From positions 1,311,528-1,375,527 of the forward strand of contig RDEW01000003.1 in NCBI GenBank assembly GCA_011109175.1: 64,000 nt of DNA, written 5' to 3'. This DNA is from Dicyema japonicum (lineage: Eukaryota > Animalia > Dicyemida). The notes below the pieces were generated by a model, which was not told where the DNA came from, searched no databases, and worked only from the letters and a program-made list of their open reading frames with translations. Shown here piece after piece: positions 1 through 11,704 of this stretch; the stretch's first letter is position 1, and every line of letters starts with the position of its first letter. The translations under genes were made by a program, and so were the position numbers.

Positions 1-160
1 GGTCCTTTTTTTCTTCTATTTGAGTATTTCGTTTATTGATATTTTCTTTAGCAACAATATTTATATTTTTCAACTCATTTAAGCGTGTGAATCGAATTTG
101 TAGGGTTAAAAATATCAAAACACAAATCGGATAACTATTCATTAAATCCTTACATATCAT
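1..160 (-). CDS. 5' end of a putative secreted protein, paralog of the 1023-3210 gene (runs off window)
   Basis: Translates MICKDLMNSYPICVLIFLTLQIRFTRLNELKNINIVAKEN..., aligning with MLATRLMNYCLTCVLIFSTLQFRLTRLNELKNI at 3210. Upstream DNA, including TATATAAG (164-171), is also conserved. Confidence 0.7.
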   Translation of the reverse strand, partial: MICKDLMNSYPICVLIFLTLQIRFTRLNELKNINIVAKENINKRNTQIEEKKD

Positions 161-289
161 TTTCTTATATACTAAGAATATCATCATGTCGTTTAATTTC
201 ACTATTCTATTCTGATTAAATTTCTTATTTCTATAAACTAGATAAAATTCGGGAGAACTATTTATTTTTTAACATTGTCTGTAATGATT

Positions 290-870
290 ATCCCTTTGGT
301 TGCGACCTGGGATGGATTTCTCTCGAAGTGCTTAAAGAATTATTTTGATACGAAGGACAACGATGTCTTGCATCCAATCAGTTGTGTTGAAAAGCACTCT
401 CGAAAGCATGCTAATTAAACACGGGATGAAAGTCTCCGATGAATAGTTTACTTTAGCTTCCGACCAGCTTGTAGAGCTGCCATGTTGTTACTGAGGAGAC
501 TCTAATGAATTCTTCGTAGAAAGCGTTCAATTCCTCCTGGTCTTTAAAAACAAGGTAACTATGTGGGGCGTACACATTTACGATCGATGTTAGCTGTTTA
601 GATTTCCCTCTGGGACCAATAAGTAATTGAATGACACTAATCCGATCATTTATATTCTTATAGCGATGTAATCTGGAAACTAAATCCTTATGCAAAACAA
701 AACCCTTTCCATAGTATTTGCAGTCCGATGGGAGTAGGATTAACTGTAGTTTCCAAACATTCGTCAAGCCTTCCTCTGATCTTTTCTCTTGAAAACAGCA
801 GACTATACATAGATCCTTCTTAAGGTTCACATATAGTTGATGCCTCTTAGATCATAAATGTTGCCCTAAG
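290..870 (-). mobile_element. RTE-like non-LTR retrotransposon relic, APE endonuclease region
   Basis: ORF 453-830 has CCFQE, GKGFVL, DRISVIQL and IVNVYAP motifs of LINE APE domains; flanks are degenerate. Confidence 0.8.
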
Positions 871-1022
871 CTGCCTGCTCTATATACTGTCTCGATGGAA
901 AAACTTATTTGATGTTGTGAGTTTAATTGCTTTATAGGGTTTTAGTGCATATTTTAGAGAATTAAAAAATATTTCCAAATATTAGTATTTCTGTAAGAAC
1001 TTAATTAATTCAATTTGTAAAT

Positions 1023-3210
1023 TTAGGCAAAATGTCTTTGAATGAGGTTTTCTTCACGTGAAGATAACTCAGAGTTAATTAGGTTCTCTTTTAATAAATT
1101 TTGCTTGAATTGTTGGTTTTCCTTTTCAAATTCTAGTTTTTTGTCTATCGATTGTAACATTTTTCTAATAGCTAAATTTCCGTCTTGTAAATGTGATCTT
1201 TGGGTGAATAATGGGCTTTCATTGCGCTGTGGCATTTGTTCGGAAGCCAGTCTTTCATTTAATGATTTCCACATTTTTCCTAAGTTGGAATTTCTTTTAT
1301 ATGAAAATGGTATTCGATTAGAAAATTGACTCTCTTCAATTTGAGGTATTTGTTCGAAAACCAGTTTCTGATTTAGTGAGTTTAACGTTTTTCTAAGATC
1401 AGAAATTCCGTTTTGCGAATATGTCCTTTGTGCGAACGATAAACTTTCATCACGTTGTGGTATTCGTTCGGAAGCCAGTCTTTCATTTAGTGAACGTAAC
1501 ATTCTTTTGATGTCTGAATTTTCGTCTTGCAAATATGGTCTTTGATTGAACAATGGACTTTCGTCACGTTGTGGTATTTGTTCGGAAACCAGTCTTTCAT
1601 TTAGTGATTCTAACATATTTTTAATATCTGAATTTTTGTTATGCGAATACGGTCTGCGATTGAACAATGGACTTTCGTCACGTGGTAGTGTTTGCTCTGA
1701 AGCCAGTCTTTCATTTAGTGAGTTTAACGTTCTTCTGAGATCAGAAATTCCGTCTTGCAAATATGGTCTTCGGTTGAACAATGGACTTTGGTCACGTTCA
1801 AGTATTCGTTCTGAAGCAATCCTTTCATTTAATGATTCCAACATATTTCTAATGTCAGAACTTTCGTCTTGCAAATATGGTCTTCGATTGAACAATGGAC
1901 TTTCGTCTCGTTGGAATATTTGTTTTGAAGCCAGTCTTTCATTTAGTGAACGTAAAACTCTTTTGATGTCAGAAATTTCGTTCTGCGAATATGGTATTAG
2001 GTTGAACAATGGAGCTTCATCATGTTGTAGCATTTGCTCGAAAGTTAGTCTCCTATTTTGTGAGTTCAGCATTTGTCTGATATTATAAATTTTATCTTGC
2101 GGAAATGATCTTCGGTTAGAGATTGGGTTTCCTTTTTCAAACAACAGCATTCGAGCAATAGCGAGCTTTTCGTTGAGAGAGTCTAACATTTTTCTGATGT
2201 CCAAATTTCTGTTCCTTTGATTAAAATTATGATTTTCATTTTTTTGGTCATATTTTTTGATTTCTATCTGCTGTGTTTTTTTTCTATTCAATTTTATCGT
2301 TTCTGTAACTTGCTTTCGTTTTGGTGGAGAGTTTTCCCCCTCGTCGGGATAACTTTCGTTTAATGACGGTTGTGTTTTAACGGAACCTGATTTTTCTGTT
2401 TCTGTAACTTGTTTAGGTGTGACGAATGAGCTTTTTTCCTTATCAAATAATTTTCGTTCATCGGGAGATGTTTTATTTGTCGACTGTGATGTTAATTCTA
2501 TGTCTGATTTTTCTGTTTCTATAACTTGTTTAGGCGTGACAGCTGGTCCTTCTTTATTATGTCGTTGATGTTCGTCAGAAGATTTTTGATTAGGTGACTG
2601 TGTCGCTATTTTGATGTTTGATTTTTCTNCGTTGATGTTCGTCAGAAGATTTTTGGTTAGGTGACTGTGTCGCTATTTTGATGTTTGAATTTTCTGGTTT
2701 GTTAACTTGCGTAGGAAGGATGGATGTCTTTCCTTTATTATTGAGCAATCTCGGTTCATTGAGATATTTGTTAGTCGATTTTGCGGTGTTTGATTGTTCT
2801 GTTTCTGTTTCTTGTTTAGGAGGGACGGAAATACTTTCGCTTTTGGTAAACTTTTTTAAATGATCGGGAGACTTTTTATTTGTTAATTGGTTTGTTTTCT
2901 CGATTAACAAATTTTCCGTTCCTAGGACTTGCTGAGGTGTGACTGATGAAGTTTCTTCTTTGTTGCCTTGCATGCTTTCGAGGGTTACCCTTTCTTCTAT
3001 TGGGGAATTTTGCTTGAAGATTGGTCTTTCTTTTTTAAATAGATTTTGTTTGGGGGATAGCCCTTCTAATTGAAGATTTTGTTCATTAACAGTGGCTTTA
3101 AGTTGACTCGCTATATTTTTCAATTCATTTAAGCGCGTGAGTCGAAATTGCAAGGTTGAAAATATCAAAACACAAGTAAGACAATAATTCATCAGTCTAG
3201 TAGCGAGCAT
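1023..3210 (-). CDS. Intronless putative secreted repeat protein (about 700 aa), split by a single-N assembly junction at 2629
   Basis: Hydrophobic N-terminus. The frame of ORF 1023-2291 stays open upstream to the N at 2629, where about 65 nt is duplicated on both sides. Contains 39-aa and 38-aa repeat arrays. The likely start is the second Met (3192). Confidence 0.75.
1130..2230 (-). repeat. Coding tandem repeat, 114 nt / 38 aa, about 9-10 copies
   Basis: RDESPLFNRRPYLQDESSDIRNMLESLNERIASERILE-type units; aacaatggacttt recurs every 114 nt. Confidence 0.9.
2300..2945 (-). repeat. Coding degenerate tandem repeat, about 117 nt / 39 aa (S/T/K/E-rich)
   Basis: TPKQVTETEKS / TPKQVIETEKS / PPKQETETEQS units; gtttagg at 2411 and 2528, 117 nt apart. 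Confidence 0.7.
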
Positions 3211-3213
3211 AAA

Positions 3214-3221
3214 CTTATATA
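3214..3221 (-). promoter_or_regulatory. TATA box (TATATAAG)
   Basis: 29 nt upstream of ATG 3192; identical motif and spacing in the paralog (171 vs ATG 142). Confidence 0.55.
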
Positions 3222-3899
3222 CTAATAAAATCGGTATTTTGCATTATTCTAATCTGATTAAATTTAGCACTTCCGCTAACTAAAGCAGTGGGTATTTAAA
3301 TGTTAATCTTAAAAATTGAAAAACATTGAGTGTTATTATTGTTCTCTCAACCGGATGGCGCGATGTAATGAGTGCCGGGCAAGAGGCTGATGGCCCGTAG
3401 TTCGAGCTCGCAGCTACAGTTTCGATTGAAGGTTCCAGGCATCTACTATATTTTGGCTAGATGAGTAACGTCATCAGTAGATATTTCACTGCGGAACTGG
3501 ATCGTCTTTAAAGGACATACAAGCAACAAAGAGTAAAAAAGAAGTGAGGAGGATTCCTTGGTTCTCCCTCAACGATTAGTTATCATAACTGTTCTGTACT
3601 AAAATAGTGAGTAACTAATATGGCTTTTCGTAAAAGTACAGTTTTTTTCTCCCAACTGTTTTATACACGTACCAGAGTAATCCAAACAAAACGTTGTGTG
3701 GCTCAAGTTTTTTGGAAAACTAATTACTTATTTATGCTATTAAAAATCAATTTATTGCGGGAAAAGCTAGCAAATGGTGATATAGCGGCCGCCCTGACTG
3801 AGTGGTATTCCATGAAAAATTAAGTCTTTTTTAATATCAGTAAAGATTACTTCTCAGTGTTAATTCGTTAGTAGTACCTCATTAGCGACCTCTCTGATG

Positions 3900-4093
3900 T
3901 TAGTAGAAACCCCTGAGGCTAAATTCAAAAAGAAATATTACTATGAATCAAGTCTGTTCAAATATATCCACAATTCCCGTCTTAGCAAATATTCGTTGTA
4001 CCATTCTTCTGTCACCGAATGTTCTAGAAATTGTCTTGCTAATTGGCATTCTAAGCACGAAAAAATGGTAAGGAAAATCAAAAAATGCATCAT
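3900..4093 (-). CDS. 56-aa putative secreted peptide, copy A (one 23-nt intron, 3919-3941)
   Basis: MMHFLIFLTIFSCLECQLARQFLEHSVTEEWYNEYLLRRELWIYLNRLDSY|LRGFY*. Signal-peptide-like N-terminus, GT-AG microintron, upstream TATA box and an intact paralog at 16193. Confidence 0.7.
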
Positions 4094-4114
4094 TAAAATA
4101 TTACGGATAATTTC

Positions 4115-4122
4115 TTTATATA
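4115..4122 (-). promoter_or_regulatory. TATA box (TATATAAA)
   Basis: 29 nt upstream of ATG 4093; conserved in the paralog. Confidence 0.55.
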
Positions 4123-4409
4123 TTGGTAAGCTATTGATTTTCGTAAATTATTGTGATTCGCTCACATTCGTGAAATTTAAATTTTTAAAATGATTGGAAT
4201 ATAGTATTAAAGATTTTTTGTTTATTCTGAATTTTTGGAATTCATTAATTTCAAGATTTTTGATAGTAAGAATAGTAACCAATTTGAAAATCAATTGACC
4301 CTTACAATGAATATTTAGCAAATAATTATTTTAACATTTTATGAATATCAACAACATTCAAAAATAATTTATATATTTTTTATTAACTAATAATTTTTTT
4401 AGAAATTAA

Positions 4410-5170
4410 AAGTTACGGAGCTTGAATGGCCATACTGTTTTTTTCTGTAGATAGCTATCAAGATACGATCTAGAAGCCATCCAGTCTCACGTGGATTCTT
4501 GGTCACTCCTTGGATTATTGAGATGATCCGAAGAACTAGATCGTCTACTCGTGGGTCAAGGATTCTTGAGGTCTAAACAGAAAATGGAAAAACAAGATAC
4601 TGATATTGCGACCTCACTGCAAAGGGCACAGCTTACGGATGACCTTAGTCGTTATGAAGTTTCTGTACCCTGCTTTCAGGAAACAAAAGTAAAAAAGGAC
4701 ACTTGAAGTCGTGGGATCAGAGTTATACTGCTAGAACCAGAATGCAGACATTATGGACAGGGATTTGCTATGGACAGGGAGTTGATCAAGACTATTCTAA
4801 ATCATGTTCCCGAAGCATTTGCGTGATGGCCTCTGAAAATGAACGAACAAAAGACGGAGGTCACAACTGTTAAAAGAGAAACTCTATTGACATTAGAAAT
4901 GGAGAACAAAGAGTCGGCTCACTACTCGGTGATTGGGAAGATGTTCAGCGAAGGAAAATGTTATCGACTCTTGCACTTAAAGACTAAAGTCTACTAGAGT
5001 CTCAACCCCCATATAGGTGCGTTTATACGATGCATTTGTTCTGCCTGTTTTGCTATACAACTCAGGAACGTGGGGTTTGAATCAAAATTGTACTGAAAAT
5101 CTGCTTTTCACAGAAAACAACAGAGATCTCCATTGAATACCTATCCGAAGGTGATCAGCAACCAGAAGAC
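4410..5170 (+). mobile_element. RTE-like LINE relic (5' leader, APE, and post-RT fragments with internal deletions)
   Basis: CFQETK, HYGQGFA and RLYDAFVLPVLLYNSGTWG motifs with stops; leader homologous to 10430-10630 on the - strand. Confidence 0.75.
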
Positions 5171-5869
5171 TAAATTAGTGTTGGTAGAAGACATATATTC
5201 TTTTTAGGATTAAGGACGTAATGAAGATATTTTTTGTTTAGTTATAATCACTGTTTTGGCATATTTAGTGTTCAGCATTTTAGAGGTCGTACAATTAAGT
5301 TAGGTGAATGTCTGGGGTTCCGTTGACGGTTTTCTAATAATACAGATGACCATACCTGATCCTCAGTCTTCCATCCGATTAGACATAAGACATCAAAGCA
5401 ATGATCGAGTTGAGAAATTCGGCAACCATGTGTCCAGTGAATGAGAATTCCTAACAGTACTGCACGTGATAGGAAAGGCTTCCGTTTGATATGCCAGTTC
5501 TTCCATATATTTGAGATCCTTCATTATGTGCTTCATTGACTGGTATCTCATCTGCAATCTCTCCATATCCTAATACGCCTAATTGCTTAATTAAATCACA
5601 GTGACTAGTCTAAATCCCACACTCATTGAAAGGTCTCCAAGCGAACTGGTTACAAATGGCGATACATGGAGTCCAAATCACTGTTGGTGTTAAATAATCA
5701 TACTGGTTCTTTCTTCTCCTTTGCCACTTGTAAGGAGTGCCTTAACTGATAGAGGTCTTCATTTCCAAACATAGATGCTATAAAACAGTTCTCGTTTTTA
5801 AAATATAAAAAATCAAATATACAAAAGTATTACAATTTAAACAGGCCATTATTAGACCAGAGATTGCTA

Positions 5870-6270
5870 ATTACTATATCATAAAGAGCGTATGGAATTA
5901 TGACAGGGAAAAACAAGTTGAAATTATTCCTTCAGCAGAATATAAAGGAGTTGTCGTTATTACATTCTCGACCTCGGCCTATTCTTTCCTGCTAATATAA
6001 ATTATCTTGCTGGTCTTTATGATTATTCACTACTAGCAATGTCTCTTCTGATCAGTTTAGTGAGAAATTGATGGATATGGGCTTTCCTACAAACCATGTA
6101 CATAAACTGTGTTCTGTTTTTAATGAATTGGTTCTCTACCTTATCAGGTCAATAATATTTAAGGGTTCCCATTCAAAATGGCTTCCAATTAATTTTCTCA
6201 GGTTTTAGATAAGTTCATCAATAGACATCACGAGATATTTTACCAAGGTCCTCGATATCTTTAGGTAAAA
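5870..6270 (+). pseudogene. Possible COMMD4-like gene relic
   Basis: Exon NVSSDQFSEKLMDMGFPTNHVHKLCSVFNE resembles COMMD4 [30 protein letters not shown]; upstream frame is broken. Confidence 0.3.
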
Positions 6271-6479
6271 AAGTCATCTTTTTTTAAATCTTATATAAAT
6301 TGATTTTAAGGGGTCCTATGAGTAAGTGGAACATTTTGCCAAAATCCTCGACATCTTTAGGTAAAAAAGTTATCTTTTTTAATATTTTTATTTAACTTTA
6401 AATGAAAGATTTATTTTCAAAAGGAAAAAAAAATTAATTATTAAATCACATTTAATCTATTTATATCTTCATTATTTAT

Positions 6480-7260
6480 GTTGTTGAAAATTTCTAATTC
6501 CAACATTTTTTTGTTAATATTTTGGTCCTATATGGAACATGCAGCAATTTATCCGTGCAATTGGAAATGACTTTTGAAAAGAGTTTATTGCTCTTTTTTC
6601 AAAATCTGAAAAAATAACTCTCAGTTCTTAATCCGGAATGAGACGTTTAATTATTAGAAGCATTGTGTCAGATTCATTTTTAGTTTTTGATTTTAAAAGA
6701 CAGATTTGATTATTCTGAATGCTTAAACAAGCATTTAAGAAAATCGATCCGTTTATGAATTAATTCATTTTTAGTTGGTGAATAATATTAACAGTTTATT
6801 TGAATTCACTATATGAAGTAAGATTCGAATTTATACTTCCACTTTCATTAAAAACATTAACATTTGATTACCAATTCTATTGTAATATCAAAAAGTAATA
6901 TAGACATTAAAATCAACGTTCTCCAATCCACTTTATGGCTTTTCTGTGAAAACAATGTTTTAATAAATTTAAATATAATTGTATTACAAGGCCTTCGCCA
7001 TTCTGTCGTCCAAGTTATTTTCGAAATGATGTTTAATTGATATTAATTCCATATCTTAAAAAAAATTTATTAAAAGTTATTTCTGTTCTAGTACAAATTC
7101 TATTTCATCTGGAAGTGTATAAAATATAATTCAAGAAACCTGATCTTCTCACATGGCTCGAAAATATTTGTCTCGTGTTTTTTAATATATCAGAGGCATA
7201 ATTTTCCAAATTATATATTCTTTCACTCAATTAACGTAATACAACAATTTTTTTAAAACA
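6480..7260 (-). mobile_element. Mutator-like (MULE) transposase pseudogene
   Basis: Reverse strand reads VIFSDFEKRAINSFQKSFPIARINCCMFH, the MULE DFE...FP...CxFH signature, with stops. Confidence 0.85.
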
Positions 7261-7261
7261 A

Positions 7262-7767
7262 NNNNNNNNNNNNNNNNNNNNNNNNNNNNNNNNNNNNNNN
7301 NNNNNNNNNNNNNNNNNNNNNNNNNNNNNNNNNNNNNNNNNNNNNNNNNNNNNNNNNNNNNNNNNNNNNNNNNNNNNNNNNNNNNNNNNNNNNNNNNNNN
7401 NNNNNNNNNNNNNNNNNNNNNNNNNNNNNNNNNNNNNNNNNNNNNNNNNNNNNNNNNNNNNNNNNNNNNNNNNNNNNNNNNNNNNNNNNNNNNNNNNNNN
7501 NNNNNNNNNNNNNNNNNNNNNNNNNNNNNNNNNNNNNNNNNNNNNNNNNNNNNNNNNNNNNNNNNNNNNNNNNNNNNNNNNNNNNNNNNNNNNNNNNNNN
7601 NNNNNNNNNNNNNNNNNNNNNNNNNNNNNNNNNNNNNNNNNNNNNNNNNNNNNNNNNNNNNNNNNNNNNNNNNNNNNNNNNNNNNNNNNNNNNNNNNNNN
7701 NNNNNNNNNNNNNNNNNNNNNNNNNNNNNNNNNNNNNNNNNNNNNNNNNNNNNNNNNNNNNNNNNNN
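7262..7767. other. Assembly gap (N run)
   Basis: Run of N. Confidence 1.
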
Positions 7768-8447
7768 GGATCTTTGTTTGTTAGTTATTTTAATGTTTGG
7801 CCGGTTTCCTTCACTTGAAGGGACTGGAGGATAAAAAATCATAATTTTCTTACGTACCCTTGCTTTTGAGACAACTGATCGACAAGCATAAAAGTCTGTC
7901 TTTGATCAAAATATCTCCGAATACAGTAAGATCTCCAGTTCTGTCCTCAAAAGATGATGAAAGAATGTCCATTCAGTATTAACATGGATTCTATGTAGCA
8001 CACGAAACCCCAAGGAAAGTAAGAAAAGGGAGGTCGAAAAGATAAACTCGTCCAAGTTCATCCAAAATTGGACACGTGTGAATCGAGTCAAGAACATATG
8101 TATATGGCACATCCTTAATTCCAAAAGTTCGTGCATCCTGAAGTTCCATTAGTTCATTGTCCACCCTCATAAGAAAAAATGGACAGGGGGATACAGCTAT
8201 CTTGAAAAATGCAAGAGGAGATAACAGACTAATTAGAGATTCGTAACCACCTCAACTTCAGCACGTGCAGATCCTAACTCAGACTTTATTGCAAGCGACC
8301 AGTCAAATTAATATAAGAAAAGAAGACCCAAGGTAGAGTTAGTCGATACATCTCCAACCCAATAACTTCATGGGGGAGAAGTAAATGCAAAACAGAGTAG
8401 AATTTTTTTCATAAAACTAACAGCTAAATTTCGCAAAAATAAAATAT

Positions 8448-9478
8448 TCAATTCCATTTGATTAGACCTTCCTCGAAAAACAGAGCATAAATCTTCATGG
8501 CAATGTCCTCCCCCAACCTCCTCTTACTTTCAAAAATTCCAGCCATACGTCGTATTTGAATATCCCCCAAAGTCCTCACAGCATCCGTTCTGGAGCCAGC
8601 CAAAGTCATCTAAACTATTACTTGACTTCTTACAGCTTCAATGAGAGATTTCATGGTGGGGTAAGCAGAGATCACACAAGCGGCAATATCGTCGGAAATC
8701 CCGGGGATCTGCTGTAGTATCTTATAGTAAGCATTAGCCAGATTGGAAGACAGGGGAGGCAAATTATCGTTACAACTCCGCTGAATGTAAAAATCGGAAG
8801 AAGTTCTGATTATTTCAAGTTTTTTCCTAAAGAATCAAATTTCCTTCACTTTGCAGGGGCCTCAGCTATTGATTTTGTTATTTGCCAAGTCAGGACCGCT
8901 GCCTCTGAATTGGAATTAGCGAAGTGGAAGGAGACAGTAGGATTTCCTAGTAGCAACAAATCGAGGGAATGCTAGGTTGTTAAAAATTAAAACTTGTTGC
9001 GCCTCAGTAAGCAAAGTAGCTTTCTTTTGATTTCTAGCAAATTTATATTTAATTTAAACTTTATAAAAATTATAATAATTTTAAATAATTCATATAATTT
9101 TTGAATTTCACAAATATCTGGTTGTGCTGTGGTCATTTTATTTAAATTCATAAAAACAAGTAAATATCCTTCATTTTTGTATTCAAATTCGATTTCCTAA
9201 AATCATGATAAGAAATAATCACGTTTAGTCTGTAATCGACGCCAATCGGTATTTTTCTATTCCATTGGATAATCTCAAATTTGCTAGGATTTTCTAATGG
9301 GACTGTGACTATGTTGCATGTGGTCATCTCTTGTTTAATAAATGTGTCTAATGGAGCATTCAAGTTGTCCGATATTAGTAGCTGCATGTACTAAATTGAA
9401 TCTTTATCTTACTTTGTGGCACTGTTTTATATTTTCGCTCATTCGTTTCTCGGTTTCTAATTGTTTGTTGAGTGACAT
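8448..9478 (-). CDS. EME1: Crossover junction endonuclease subunit EME1 (spliced, compact)
   Basis: Spliced translation includes ITKSIAEAPAK, KILQQIPGISDDIAACVISAYPT and LGDIQIRRMAGIFESKRRLGEDIAMKIY, matching EME1 FTKAVAEAPFK / [20 protein letters not shown] / [28 protein letters not shown]. Confidence 0.85.
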
Positions 9479-9639
9479 AACAAAGTAAAGCCGGTTATTT
9501 ATTTTTCGGTTATTTATTTTAAGATTTAAATTAGGAATATATTATTTTAAAAAATATATATTAGTCGTTTCTATAATTCTGACTTAAAAATATATTTTTT
9601 TAAATTTCCAAGTATTTTTCTACCCCTTCACTTTTTTGG

Positions 9640-10000
9640 ATGTATGGGTGACGTCCCTCTACTAATGTTCGACTCACGGTCGGATGGTTCTAATGCACCA
9701 ACCTTACTTTCAATGGCAGAGGTCTCAATGACTGATTGAGAGGCAGTTACTTTGTCAGGACTTGGCTAAGTACAAAAAATCGATATGCTGTCTTTAAGAA
9801 ACGAAAGTCAAAGAAGGCCTCGATTATTGGAACGAAGATTACAGACTAATTTACTTCTGACTGTATACACTATTGAAGGGGTACGCGATGGGTAAGGACT
9901 TACTTAATGGACTATACCGTTTCATGATAATCAGTGACAGAATATGCGTTATTCAATTACGCATCAGGAAATTCATGTCCATTGTCAACTTATACGCTCA
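9640..10000 (+). mobile_element. RTE-like APE relic
   Basis: Frameshifted ETKVKEG, GYAMG and ISDRICVIQL segments paralogous to the 453-830 ORF. Confidence 0.7.
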
Positions 10001-10429
10001 GTTGTCTTGTTTTGAAGAATTGAAAGAGCTTGACGTACTCTAAGACAATCTCGCCTGATTCTTTGTGTGCTGGATTCCTCCACACCTTTTTCCATTGCGG
10101 GTAGCTGGAGTGTTGCTGAATGATACGATAGTAAACAATGACTATTCTGAACTTGAAAATTGCTGTACCAATTCAGAAAGGATACAAACAAGGACGATTG
10201 AAACCATATGCCATGTAGTCCTATTAAACACACTATGAAAGGTCCTTGTCTTAATTGCTCTCAGCTTTATAACTTGTGATTTATGTAGTATCCTTTTTCA
10301 ATGGTCGTAACCCGGTCTGGGAACCTACGTTTGTTATACATACTTTCCAAAAAATTTGGTCGCTTCAATCTCGGAATCAGTTCATGCTTCTAAGCAGTCG
10401 AGGATCAGAAGAGAAGGAAGTGCCGAAGC

Positions 10430-10630
10430 ATTTTAGAAGATCAGTTGTTAGTCCATTTGCTGTTGAGACGTCAGAAATTCTTCGCTAATAAGCGTACGAT
10501 CTATTCCGTCGGATCGACTCAATAATCCAAATAGTCACCAAGGATCCATGTGAGGCTGGATGGTTTCGAGAGCGAATCTCGAGCATTATTGTAAAAGGAA
10601 CAAGCCCGGCAATTCAAGCTCCCTTGTAAG
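10430..10630 (-). mobile_element. RTE-like 5' leader relic
   Basis: Reverse complement aligns with 4417-4580 (ggagcttgaat...ccatccag..tcac.tggat.cttggt.act..ttggattattgag). Confidence 0.65.
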
Positions 10631-10779
10631 TATTTTTTGATAGAATCATATTTTTGATTAAAAAAATACATTTTTAGAAATTTTTAAAAAATTTGACAAA
10701 ACGTGAATTTTTTACTTCAATGACAAAAATTGCCCTAATAATATATAATTTATGTATGTAGTACGTTACAATGATGTTT

Positions 10780-11200
10780 TAGTTTTTGACGCTATCCTAG
10801 GGCTTGAACTATTTCCCAATCCTATCCCTTTCGTATTTGCCAAAGTAATGGAGGTTTTATATTTCTTCAATTTGAACTAATTTAGTTGTTCATCAAAAGT
10901 TCCAAGAGGAACTGAAGCTAGATAAAGCAGAGGACTTAAATGCTTTTCGCAAATTCGCATTATAGAGATATCTCACGGAAAGAATTGTCTATACATTTCC
11001 ATAAGCAATGAGAAGATAACTCTTTCAGTTGAGTGTTATGCAGAGATTCATTGAATACTAAGAGAATTTGATGTTCTCTTTTACCCATACATAATTGTAA
11101 ACAGGATATCTTGTGGAATTTTGTTTAGCAGATTAATTTATTCTTTCCAAATGGCTAATTGCCCGAAACCTGAGATAGTAATGTAATTCGATTAAACCAG
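10780..11200 (-). mobile_element. MULE transposase relic
   Basis: Degenerate LLYLASVP (LAFVP motif) and CLWKCI segments on the reverse strand. Confidence 0.5.
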
Positions 11201-11279
11201 GTATTTATTTTGCTTTACGATGGATGAGAGCCAATACGCACCTTTTACTCATAACCATGGACTGTTGATGGCCTATTAA

Positions 11280-11540
11280 GCACTCTCCATAGTAATTACA
11301 ATCCATGTGCAGCTCGAGAAACTAGTACCAAAACAAACTTCCTCAACTTGCCCCTATCATACACAAGCTCACGTAGTTTACCGAGATCATCTCCCTCTCT
11401 TAAGCGTCTCCCGATCTTTTGAAGGTGTAAGTCGAGGACCATAAGGAGAGTGGTGCTCAATCGTCCGTGGAATTGGGGATCTTGAGGTGATAAGTCCTCC
11501 ATAGCCACGTTAGTTAGGGCATCCAGTGTGTTTTCAGAAA
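11280..11540 (-). mobile_element. RTE-like LINE 3' relic
   Basis: FGRFL, GRLSTTLLMVL and LRELVYDRGKLR resemble the RTE C-terminus (GRPxTT...DRxxWR). Confidence 0.6.
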
Positions 11541-11704
11541 GCGTCCAAAGACATAGCGAAATAAATATTTAATTTTTGTTCCATAAATTAATTAAAATAT
11601 TATTTAATTTAAAGTATGAATTATTTATTAATAATAATAAAATTATTTTGTAATTTTAAAATATTAATATTTTGTATTCTTAGTTGTCCAATACAAAACG
11701 TTTA

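Noticed and set aside
1042-2088. Plus-strand ORFs 1042-1329 and 1546-2088
   Set aside because: Antisense to the 114-nt coding repeat.
1130-2230. CRISPR-like regular repeats
   Set aside because: The whole 114-nt unit is repeated and codes in frame; no unique spacers; eukaryotic context.
3897-4193. ORF-track proteins MLVETPEAKF... (3897-4193 + and 16126-16389 -)
   Set aside because: Antisense shadows with differing C-termini. The opposite strand has a TATA box, signal peptide and conserved microintron.
5200-6270. Stop-codon reassignment to explain in-frame stops in gene-like relics
   Set aside because: Intact genes have no internal stops after splicing and end in TAA or TGA; the relics also carry frameshifts.
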